From positions 21,434-85,433 of the forward strand of contig JBBSEW010000007.1 in NCBI GenBank assembly GCA_038239305.1: 64,000 nt of DNA, written 5' to 3'. The position numbers were made by a program, and so were the translations under genes. Below the pieces are notes generated by a model. The model saw only the letters and a list, made by a program, of their open reading frames with translations, made no database searches and was not told the DNA's origin. How positions within the stretch are numbered: position 1 is the first letter of the stretch; each line of letters begins with the position of its first letter. The stretch is from Thermoanaerobaculia bacterium (lineage in GTDB: Bacteria > Acidobacteriota > Thermoanaerobaculia > UBA5066 > Gp7-AA6). This document shows, piece by piece, positions 17,300 to 24,687 of this stretch.

Positions 17300-18139
17300 A
17301 TGTCGCCCGTGGCCGGAATCGAATCGCCTTCGAACCCGGTCGTTCGCGAGATCGCGCGCGCCCTGGAAGAGCGGACCCACTTCCTGCTCGAGGGGGAGAA
17401 GCCCATCCTGGAGGCCGTCGCGGCCGGTCTCGCCCTCGACCACGTTCTGCACGACGCGAGCGTGCGGCCCGGACGCCTGGCGGCGCTTGCCTCCGTCCGG
17501 CCCCGCCTCGTTTCGCGCGCCGTGATCGAACGGCTCGCGCAGTCGACGACGCCGCAGCACCTGCTCGCCGTCGTCCGGCGGCGAGACGTCCCGGTGGCGG
17601 AGATTCTCGGGCGGGACGGGCCCGTCGTGTTTCTCTTCGGTGTGCAGGATCCTGGCAACCTCGGCGCCATCGTGCGCGTCGCCGAGGCTTCCGGTGGAGC
17701 GGGCGTCGTGGCGGCCCCGGGCTCCGCGGACTTCTTTCACGCGCGAGCCGTGCGCGCGAGCGCCGGAAGCGTCCTGCGCATCCCCGTCTCGGGGCGCGTC
17801 TCGTTCGAGCCGTTCGCGGCGGACGCCCGGGCGGCCGGCCGCACGATCGCGGGCGCGGTGCCTTCCGGCGGCGATAACCCGTTCACCAGGCCGCTCGCGA
17901 GGGAGTCCGTCCTGGTCATCGGCGGCGAAGGACCCGGCCTTCCGGCGGGCGCCTACCGCTACCTCGACCGAAAGCTGACGATCCCTATGCGCTCCCCCGT
18001 CGATTCATTGAACGCGGCGGTCGCCGCGGCGCTTCTCCTTTACGCCGCCGACCTGGGGCGGTCGGAGACAACGGTTTCGCCGGTGAATCCGGCGAGCGAA
18101 CGTCAAGAGCGCTCGGAAAAGCCGACAACAAAAGACTGA
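17300..18139 (+). CDS. TrmH/SpoU-family RNA 2'-O-methyltransferase
   Basis: Internal ATG at 17300 of the track ORF. SpoU motifs: VQDPGNLGAIVRVAEASG, LVIGGEGPGL, IPMRSPVDSLNAAVAAALLLY. Confidence 0.86.
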   Translation: MSPVAGIESPSNPVVREIARALEERTHFLLEGEKPILEAVAAGLALDHVLHDASVRPGRLAALASVRPRLVSRAVIERLAQSTTPQHLLAVVRRRDVPVAEILGRDGPVVFLFGVQDPGNLGAIVRVAEASGGAGVVAAPGSADFFHARAVRASAGSVLRIPVSGRVSFEPFAADARAAGRTIAGAVPSGGDNPFTRPLARESVLVIGGEGPGLPAGAYRYLDRKLTIPMRSPVDSLNAAVAAALLLYAADLGRSETTVSPVNPASERQERSEKPTTKD

Positions 18140-18157
18140 CGGCGGAAAACTCCGATC

Positions 18158-18721
18158 TCAGTTTTCATCCTCCGCGAACACGTCAGCCTGAAACCTCCAG
18201 ATCCGCGCGGTTGGATCGCGCCAGGCGCCCGCCGGAAGCCCCGCCTTGCCGGCCACCTCGTCGAGAAACCTTTCCCGGTCGAAACCCCACTCCGTCGCGA
18301 CCTGCGGAAGCAACAGGCCGCTCGCGCCGCGGGATTCGAGGATGAGCCCGTCGCGCCCGACCTCGATTTCCGCGGGATCTGTCACGGGCTCGGGCGGAGT
18401 CAGCACGGAAATCTCGATCACGCACGTCGTGAGCCCGTCCTCGGAGAGCGGAGGAAAGCGCGGATCTTCGAAAGCCGCGCGGCGGGCGAACTCGGGGACC
18501 GTCCGGCCGATATCGCCGCGGGGGGATAACGTTCCGATGCATCCCCGAAGATCGCCGGCCTGGCGCAGGGTCACGAAGAGGGCGCGGGTCTGCCCGAACG
18601 TCTCCTGCCGGTCCGATGCGAGACGTGGAGGAGGCTCGCCGCGAAAATGGGATTCGATCGAGCGTCGCGCGAGGGCGAGAAGGTCCCGGCGGGTCTCCGG
18701 GGAGAGCGGCGCGGACGTCAT
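18158..18721 (-). CDS. AMMECR1-domain protein
   Basis: 187-aa ORF with LFVTLRQAGDLRGCIG and the LLPQV motif typical of AMMECR1. Its ATG overlaps the stop of the upstream hydrolase (ATGA). Confidence 0.9.
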   Translation of the reverse strand: MTSAPLSPETRRDLLALARRSIESHFRGEPPPRLASDRQETFGQTRALFVTLRQAGDLRGCIGTLSPRGDIGRTVPEFARRAAFEDPRFPPLSEDGLTTCVIEISVLTPPEPVTDPAEIEVGRDGLILESRGASGLLLPQVATEWGFDRERFLDEVAGKAGLPAGAWRDPTARIWRFQADVFAEDEN

Positions 18722-19437
18722 CGTCGCGAAGGTACCGCAAGATCCGCCAGGAACGTCGAGATCGCCGTTTCGAGCGCGTCGAGGTGGCCCGCGAAGAAAT
18801 GGTCAGCCCCCGGGACGATGACGACCCGGGTTTCGTTTCCGGCGCCTTCCGTCTCTTCGGCCTCGCCCGTCTCCTTGGCTTCGCCCGTCTCTTTGGCTTC
18901 GCCGGCGGCGGGGGCCGCCCTCCCAGCCCAGGCGCGCAGCATGTCCGGCGGGCCGTAGGTGTCACGCTCTCCGGTCACATAGAGCGCCGGCACCCGCGGC
19001 CTTTCGAGCCCGAAGGCCGATTCCGACGCGAGAGGCAGGCCAATGCCGAGGAAGGCCGCGATCCGGGAATCCCCCGCGCTCGCGCGCAGCGCGGCCGCCG
19101 AGCCGAAGGAAAATCCCCCCGCGACGATCGGCAATCCGCCCCTGCGCTCCGCTTCGTCGAACGCCGCCCGGACGTCGGCGGTCTCGCCGCGGCCGTCGTC
19201 GTGGGGGCCCTCGGAAAGCCCCACGCCGCGGAAATTGAATCGCAGGGTGGAGTACCCCGCCGCGACGAGCGCCCGGGCCGCACGAAAGACCACCTTGCTG
19301 TGCAGGGTTCCGCCGAAGAGGGGGTGCGGATGCGCGAATACCGCAGAACCACGGAGGGGCATGGCGCCGGGCTTCCAGAGCCCCTCCAACCGGCCGGCGG
19401 GCCCGGCAAAAAGCACCGTCTCGAGCCGCTCGGTCAC
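18718..19437 (-). CDS. alpha/beta-fold hydrolase
   Basis: Core motifs AVFAHPHPLFGG, GGFSFGS (nucleophile elbow) and VPGADHFF. I prefer the GTG at 19437 (VTERLETVLF...). The track start at 19551 would leave only 5 bp to the divergent gene at 19557. Confidence 0.75.
   Translation of the reverse strand: MTERLETVLFAGPAGRLEGLWKPGAMPLRGSAVFAHPHPLFGGTLHSKVVFRAARALVAAGYSTLRFNFRGVGLSEGPHDDGRGETADVRAAFDEAERRGGLPIVAGGFSFGSAAALRASAGDSRIAAFLGIGLPLASESAFGLERPRVPALYVTGERDTYGPPDMLRAWAGRAAPAAGEAKETGEAKETGEAEETEGAGNETRVVIVPGADHFFAGHLDALETAISTFLADLAVPSRR
18841..18903. repeat. in-frame 18-bp tandem repeat (about 3.5 copies) inside the hydrolase gene
   Basis: ggcctcgcccgtctcctt / ggcttcgcccgtctcttt / ggcttcgcc..., which encodes GEAKET-GEAKET-GEAEET on the minus strand. 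Confidence 0.9.
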
Positions 19438-19556
19438 GAGATCCCGCCGCGCCGTTGGCGAAAGGGCCGGTTCATCGTATTCTTCCGGCCTCGCGCTGTC
19501 CGGCGCGGTGCACGGCAGCACCCGCGGGCGCGGCCAGAGAGGCAGGACCAACGCGC

Positions 19557-20615
19557 ATGAGCAAGATCGTACACGTCGTCGGAACCGGAACCATCGGCGA
19601 GCCGCTCATCGGGCTCTTCGCCGACTTCAAGAAGTATCTCGGGATCGACGAGATCACGTTTCACAAGCGCACGCCGATGACGACCGAGCGCGCGAAGGTG
19701 AACCATCTCCTCCAGCGCGGCGCGAAGCTCGCCGTCGATCCCGACAAGGTCGCGGACTTCGAAGCCCTCGGCCACAAGGTCGACTACGAGACCCAGGAAG
19801 CGCTCGAGCGAGCGACGGTCGTCATCGACTGCACGCCCGCCGGCAATGAGAACAAGAAGGTCTACGAGACCCTGAGCGGCCCGCGCGGCTTCCTCGCCCA
19901 GGGCAGCGAGTTCGGATTCGGAAAGCCCTACGCTATGGGCATCAACGACGAGGCGCTCGTCGCCGGGAAGGACCGGTTCCTCCAGGTCGTCTCCTGCAAC
20001 ACGCACAACATCGCGGCCCTCGTGAAGACCCTTTCGGAGAACGAGCAGCACGGTTCGGACCTCGAGCGCGGCCGGTTCGTCTGCATGCGGCGGGCGAACG
20101 ACGTCTCCCAGGACTCGAGCTTCGCACCGGCTCCTTCCGCCGGAAAGCACGACGACCCGCAATTCGGCACCCACCACGCGCGCGACGCGTCCCGCCTCCT
20201 CGAGACCATCGGCTGGAAGGCCCAGCTCTTCTCTTCGGCGATGAAGCTGAACACGCAGTACATGCACTCATTGTGGTTCGACCTGGAGCTGGCCCATCCG
20301 ATGACGAAGGAGAAAGCGCTCGACCGCCTGCGCAACAACAAGCGCATCGCGATGACGGAGAAGCGCTCCTCGAACCAGATCTTTTCGTTCGGCCGGGACC
20401 ATGGCTACTACGGAAGAATCCTGTCCCAGGCCGTTGTCGCTTCTCCCACGGTCACGGTCAACGGAGACCGCGAGGTCGTCGGCTTCTGCTTCACGCCCCA
20501 GGATGGAAACTCGCTCGCCTCCTCGATCACCGCGGCGCTGTGGCTGATGGAGCCGGATTTCAACCGACAGGAGAGGCTGGCGGTACTCGAGAGATTCTTC
20601 TTTCGAGAAATCTGA
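19557..20615 (+). CDS. archaeal-type (class II) glyceraldehyde-3-phosphate dehydrogenase-like NAD(P) dehydrogenase
   Basis: ATG at 19557. Motifs are VHVVGTGTIGEP (Rossmann), VVSCNTHNIAAL (compare the archaeal GAPDH catalytic SCNTT), THHARD and YMHSLWFDLEL. Order and spacing match what I recall for class II GAPDH. Confidence 0.7.
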   Translation: MSKIVHVVGTGTIGEPLIGLFADFKKYLGIDEITFHKRTPMTTERAKVNHLLQRGAKLAVDPDKVADFEALGHKVDYETQEALERATVVIDCTPAGNENKKVYETLSGPRGFLAQGSEFGFGKPYAMGINDEALVAGKDRFLQVVSCNTHNIAALVKTLSENEQHGSDLERGRFVCMRRANDVSQDSSFAPAPSAGKHDDPQFGTHHARDASRLLETIGWKAQLFSSAMKLNTQYMHSLWFDLELAHPMTKEKALDRLRNNKRIAMTEKRSSNQIFSFGRDHGYYGRILSQAVVASPTVTVNGDREVVGFCFTPQDGNSLASSITAALWLMEPDFNRQERLAVLERFFFREI

Positions 20616-20648
20616 TTCCTGCTCGAACCCTCACGCCGATCATCACGA

Positions 20649-20861
20649 ATCGGGTGATCGGGTAATCGGGTGATTGGGTGATCAATCTGCGGATCGGGTG
20701 ATCGGAGGAGCGGGGATGCGAGTCGGAATCTCGCGATCAATCGAACTATCGAGCATCGGAAATCTTGACGCCGCGGCGAAATCGTCGCGTTGAAGGGTAG
20801 CTGGGTGGGGGTCCCTCTCCGCTTTCCCGTTTCCGTTTCCCGTTTCCATTTCCCGTTTCCT
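20649..20861. repeat. Modular short-tandem-repeat locus L2: (ATCGGGTG)x~6, single AATCTCGC and ATCGAAC units, (GTTTCCC)x~6
   Basis: ATCGGGTG-type octamers at 20649-20705. AATCTCGC-GATCAATCGAAC-TATCGAGC at 20727-20754. GTTTCCC-type units (reverse complement of GGGAAAC) at 20822-20861. Confidence 0.95.
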
Positions 20862-20920
20862 GCCCTCCGCCAGAGCCCAGGCGTGGATCGAGACATCTGG
20901 CTGCTACACTGCTCGATCAC

Positions 20921-22219
20921 ATGGACTGGGTAACCTGTCCCAAGTGCGGTTTCACGCAGATTCCCACGGAGAAGTGCCTTCGCTGCGGGCGGCCTTCGTC
21001 TCCGCCGGATCGCGAGACCGTGGCCGCTCCCACGACGCTTCCTCCTCGGGCGCCTGGTCCGGCGGGCGAGGCCGTTCGGACGGTCGCCGTCGACCGGCCC
21101 CCCGGATCGTCCCCCGGCGCGGCATCCCCTGTCCCGAAAGGCCCCCCTTCTCCTTCTTCTCCTGCTGCGGCGCCCGCCCTCTCGCCGCGCTCCGGCTCCA
21201 CGATCGATCCCGGGGACGCGTCCGCGGCTTCCTCCCCATCCGGGTCGCGATCCCCGGCTTTCCGCCCTGCTTCCAACCCCAACCCGCCACGGACGCCGCC
21301 GCCGGGAGCCCGGCCAACCCGCGGCCGCGGCCCCACCCTCGTCGCAATCGGCGGCCTCGCCGCTCTCCTGCTTGCCGTGGCGGTCGTCCTGACGCGCGCC
21401 CCGAGCAACTCCAGCGCCGGCCTGCCGGTCGTCACCCCCGCTCCGGACACCGGACCGGCCTCCCCCGTCCTCGACCTCTCGGGCCGGTGGGAGACGGAAT
21501 TTTCGAAGACGCTTCCGGGGCCGCCTCCCCGGCCTGCCCTGAAACAGGCGTACCTCGAGACGGACCGGGTGGGGAACATTCTCGCCGCGGGCGTTCTCCT
21601 GACCGATCCCGGAAGAGGAGGCGCCGGAGCCGGATATCGTCTGGCGACGGACGGACCGCAGCGGCTCGGCGAGGTGTCCTCGGCGCTCGCCGGCGCCCCC
21701 GCCGGAGCTTCCCTGCCGCAGGTGGACTTCATCCCGGTCCCTGCCTGGATGCCGCATCGCGACCGCGTCTGGCGCGCCCTCGAAGGCCAGAGCCGGCGCG
21801 TGCTCGACGTGCGCTACGTGTTGCTCGAATCCGTCGAGGACGACTACGTCGTCCAGGCGGGGCTCAACCGGAGCGGGTTTCTCTCCTATGCGTTCTTCTC
21901 GCGCGGGTACGCGCACGACCGTGGGCTCGACGCCCTCTCGTCCGTGATCCATCCGGACCCGGGCAGCTCGCTCGGCGGATTCAAGAATCTCGTCTGGGAC
22001 TTCTCGGGAGCCGCGGACTTCCTCAAGCTCGAGGTCTACGCGACACTCTCCGGCCCGGAAGGCACGACCGACCGGCTCACCCTGAAGAGAGCCGCGACGG
22101 ACGGGGCTCCGGGGGCGCCGGCCCCGCCGCGCGGTAATCGTCCTTCCGCGACGGTCAAGGCTCCCGGTTCACCTGCGGGCGCGGCCCACGCGGCTTCACC
22201 CGGCTCTACGCCGAAATGA
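20921..22219 (+). CDS. zinc-ribbon / Pro-rich linker / single-TM protein with C-terminal extracytoplasmic domain, unknown function
   Basis: 432-aa ORF with N-terminal CPKCG...CLRCG, a long P/S/A-rich linker and TM helix LVAIGGLAALLLAVAVVL. The C-terminal domain has normal composition (VLDVRYVLLESVEDDYVVQAG...). The overlapping antisense ORFs are Arg/Gly-rich junk. Confidence 0.65.
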   Translation: MDWVTCPKCGFTQIPTEKCLRCGRPSSPPDRETVAAPTTLPPRAPGPAGEAVRTVAVDRPPGSSPGAASPVPKGPPSPSSPAAAPALSPRSGSTIDPGDASAASSPSGSRSPAFRPASNPNPPRTPPPGARPTRGRGPTLVAIGGLAALLLAVAVVLTRAPSNSSAGLPVVTPAPDTGPASPVLDLSGRWETEFSKTLPGPPPRPALKQAYLETDRVGNILAAGVLLTDPGRGGAGAGYRLATDGPQRLGEVSSALAGAPAGASLPQVDFIPVPAWMPHRDRVWRALEGQSRRVLDVRYVLLESVEDDYVVQAGLNRSGFLSYAFFSRGYAHDRGLDALSSVIHPDPGSSLGGFKNLVWDFSGAADFLKLEVYATLSGPEGTTDRLTLKRAATDGAPGAPAPPRGNRPSATVKAPGSPAGAAHAASPGSTPK

Positions 22220-23261
22220 TGTAGCCGCCGCTCTTCGCGTCTTTCTTCATCGAAAGAAGCTTGAGCTTCTCGGCGTCCTCGAGGACCTCCGAAAACGACT
22301 TGTAGCCGTAGTAAGTTTCGTTGAAATACGGCTGCTTGCGCTGCATCGTCTGCTTGATCATCGAGCCCCAGATCACGTCGTAGTTCTCGCGCAGCAGGGC
22401 CTGCATCGACTCGAGCAGGAGCCGGAAGAGCTCTCGCTTCTTTTCGGGCAGGTTTTCGATCGAGGGCAGCTCGCGGGTTTCCCGCACGAGGTCCTCGTAG
22501 AAGATGAACTCGTCGCAGTTCGTCAGGAGGAGCTCGGACGTCGAGTTCTTCACGCCGACGCCGATGACGTTCTTGTCGTTCTCCTTGAGCTTCGAAACGA
22601 GGGGCGAGAAATCCGAGTCGCCCGAGCAGATGACGAAGGTCGTGATGTGCGTCTTCGAGTTGGCGAGGTCCATCGCGTCAACGACCATCCGGATGTCGGC
22701 CGAGTTCTTCCCGCTGTAGTTGCGCTGCGGGATCTCGATCAGCTCGATCGCCGCTTCGTGAAACTCACGCTTGTAGTCCGCGTAACGGGTCCAGTCGGCG
22801 TATGCCTTCTTGTACACGATGCGGCCCTTTTCAATGAGCCGCTGCAGGACGAGGTGGATGTCGAATTTCTTGTACTTCGCGTCCCGGGCTCCGAGAGCGA
22901 TGTTCTCGAAGTCGATGAAAAGGGAGAGCCGCTGGTCGACCGACGCGCGCGCGGGGGGAGCCGGCGCCGCGCCGAGCGACATGGATGTCATGGGCGACAT
23001 GGAACTGGAGTGTCCGCCGCTCGTACCCGACAGGGTCCCGGCGCTCGGCCCGGACGGCGTGAACAGGGCCGGTGCCGGCGCGGGGGCGAGGATGGCGGGG
23101 AGAGCAGGGGCCGGCGTCGGCGAGGGATGGTCGCCGCCATTTAAGAGGCCTTCCGCGCCGGCGGGCCGGGCCTTGTGCCTCCGCGCTCCTCCCCGGCGCC
23201 GGCGAGGTTTTTTGTCCCCTTCCTCGGCGGCGGGAAAAGGGATCGTGTCGTCGTCGTTCAT
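22206..23261 (-). CDS. NYN-domain (LabA-like) protein with C-terminal OST-HTH/LOTUS domain
   Basis: 351-aa ORF. NYN core: LFIDFENI...AYADW...SGKNSADIRMVVDAMD...FVICSGDSDFSPLVSKL...VIGVG. The C-terminal part (LRENYDVIWGSMIKQTMQRKQPYFNETYYGYKSFSEVLEDAEK) is LOTUS-like. Confidence 0.85.
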   Translation of the reverse strand: MNDDDTIPFPAAEEGDKKPRRRRGGARRHKARPAGAEGLLNGGDHPSPTPAPALPAILAPAPAPALFTPSGPSAGTLSGTSGGHSSSMSPMTSMSLGAAPAPPARASVDQRLSLFIDFENIALGARDAKYKKFDIHLVLQRLIEKGRIVYKKAYADWTRYADYKREFHEAAIELIEIPQRNYSGKNSADIRMVVDAMDLANSKTHITTFVICSGDSDFSPLVSKLKENDKNVIGVGVKNSTSELLLTNCDEFIFYEDLVRETRELPSIENLPEKKRELFRLLLESMQALLRENYDVIWGSMIKQTMQRKQPYFNETYYGYKSFSEVLEDAEKLKLLSMKKDAKSGGYIISA

Positions 23262-23740
23262 GGTTGTCCTTCCGGTGCGTAGTCGAACGAGGAGGTCGTT
23301 AGCAGAAACGACGTGAGAACGCGGGCCACGGATCGGCCCTCCGCGTCCACGACATCGACATCGCCGATATTGATCCGCCGCCCCTTTTTTACGATGCGGG
23401 CGCGGGCCCAGACGTCTCCTCGAGCGCGACGGAGAAAGTGGATGGTCAAGTCCGCGGTCGCGAACCCCATCTTTCCGTCGAAGTTGGTCGAAAGTGCGAA
23501 GGCGACCGCCGTGTCCGCCAGCATGGCGAGAATCCCCCCATGGATCGTTCCGGATCCATTGGTGACCCCATCCCGGTACGGAAGCTTGAGGACGGCCCGG
23601 TCGAGCGAAAGCTCTTCGAGCTCCGGGTGGAGCCAGCCGATCGCCGGGTTTCCCGCAAGCCGCCGCCGCAGCCGCACGAGAAGATCCGGAGCCAGGGGAT
23701 CCGAGCCGCCCCGAACGGGCGCTGTCGTCGTCGCACTCAT
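23258..23740 (-). CDS. PaaI-family hotdog-fold thioesterase
   Basis: 160-aa ORF with GTIHGGILAMLADTAVAFAL and a hotdog C-terminal sheet. Its stop overlaps the NYN gene start by 4 nt. Confidence 0.88.
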   Translation of the reverse strand: MSATTTAPVRGGSDPLAPDLLVRLRRRLAGNPAIGWLHPELEELSLDRAVLKLPYRDGVTNGSGTIHGGILAMLADTAVAFALSTNFDGKMGFATADLTIHFLRRARGDVWARARIVKKGRRINIGDVDVVDAEGRSVARVLTSFLLTTSSFDYAPEGQP

Positions 23741-23749
23741 AAACGATTG

Positions 23750-23755
23750 ATTATA
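23750..23755 (-). promoter_or_regulatory. TATAAT -10 hexamer (minus strand) 9 nt upstream of the thioesterase ATG
   Basis: Minus-strand sequence ccagTATAATcaatcgtttATG. It is a rare AT-rich patch in GC-rich DNA and would give a very short leader or a leaderless transcript. Confidence 0.3.
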
Positions 23756-23851
23756 CTGGAGAACGGGGAACTGGACGGGACCTCGCCTGCCGGCTATCGG
23801 CTCTCCGCCCCGAGAAAAGGCCGGCCGGGTCGCGTTCGACGGCGAACAGCC

Positions 23852-24133
23852 TCAGGGGCCGAGGTCTTCATCGCCTTCGGCGGGCTCGCGCTCGTAATAC
23901 GGAAGCTCTTCCGCGCGCTTGGTCGAGTTGTCCACGTCTTTGGGAACTTCCACGATCGTGCGAGTCACGTTCGGGTCGCAGGTCTCGTTCTCACACTCGT
24001 AGGTATAGACGTTCTTGTCAGGATGCTTGCGGAAGCCGACGACGGTTTGATAAGTCTCGCAGTTGCCGCACTTGATCGACATCATGAAAATGTCGACCAC
24101 GTGCTTGTCGGGGCCGTCCGGGGATGGTTCCAC
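23852..24133 (-). CDS. small acidic zinc-ribbon-like protein (CxxC...CxxxxC), unknown function
   Basis: 93-aa ORF containing MMSIKCGNCETYQ...YECENETCD. Its composition is not that of a GC-shadow ORF. The start could be the internal MMSIK. Confidence 0.55.
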   Translation of the reverse strand: MEPSPDGPDKHVVDIFMMSIKCGNCETYQTVVGFRKHPDKNVYTYECENETCDPNVTRTIVEVPKDVDNSTKRAEELPYYEREPAEGDEDLGP

Positions 24134-24146
24134 CCGGGGATAATAC

Positions 24147-24167
24147 GGGAAACGGGAAACGGGAAAC
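24147..24167. repeat. Short-tandem-repeat locus L3: (GGGAAAC)x3
   Basis: Three perfect heptamers in the 65-bp divergent spacer between the zinc-ribbon gene (minus strand) and the secreted-protein gene (plus strand). Confidence 0.95.
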
Positions 24168-24198
24168 GAAAGTCATCAACCGATCGGAGCGCAATGCC

Positions 24199-24687
24199 AT
24201 GAAGTTTTCGGGCCTGCTCAAGAATGTGGCCGCGACCCTGGTCCTGGCCTCGCCCCTCCTGCTCTCGCGAGATGCCGCGGGACAGCCGCCCGCCGGCCGG
24301 AACGGAACATTCGAAAAGACGATTCCCCTGCCCCGCACCGGCGAGGCGAGGCTTGGCTGGGCTGCCGGCGGCTGCAGCGTCCGCGCGGTGTCGCTTCGGA
24401 ACTATCCATCGAGCGAGGACATCGAAAAGGCGCGGAAGGATCCGGACGAGAAGGACTGGCTGTGGTGGGATTTTCACGTCGACAATCGCAGCTCGTCGCC
24501 ATGCCGGATCGCAATCGTCGTCGACGTGTACGACCGGTCCGGGAGTGTCGTCAAGTCGAGCGACAAGAGCGACACGGTTGACGAGCACAAGGTCGACGAC
24601 AACATCCGGATCTCCACGCGGATGCGGACCATCGACATCGTGAATGCGCCCCACGCGCGCATCCGGGTGGAAATCGGCCCGAAGTGA
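24199..24687 (+). CDS. small secreted protein, unknown function
   Basis: ATG at 24199 followed by a signal peptide (MKFSGLLKNVAATLVLASPLLLSRDAAGQ). The mature part is about 135 aa with normal composition. I recognised no family. Confidence 0.6.
   Translation: MKFSGLLKNVAATLVLASPLLLSRDAAGQPPAGRNGTFEKTIPLPRTGEARLGWAAGGCSVRAVSLRNYPSSEDIEKARKDPDEKDWLWWDFHVDNRSSSPCRIAIVVDVYDRSGSVVKSSDKSDTVDEHKVDDNIRISTRMRTIDIVNAPHARIRVEIGPK

Noticed and set aside
20408-22137. ORFs 20408-21952 (-, 514 aa), 20917-21732 (-) and 20944-22137 (+) overlapping the zinc-ribbon protein gene
   Set aside because: All are Arg/Gly/Pro-dominated. The frame at 20921-22219 has a zinc ribbon, a TM helix and a C-terminal domain with normal residue diversity.
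24147-24167. CsrA/RsmA-sponge type small RNA (repeated GGA motifs) for the GGGAAAC arrays
   Set aside because: Only one of the unit types contains GGA. I see no hairpin context presenting GGA in loops and no promoter-terminator pair delimiting an sRNA. The idea cannot be supported from sequence alone.
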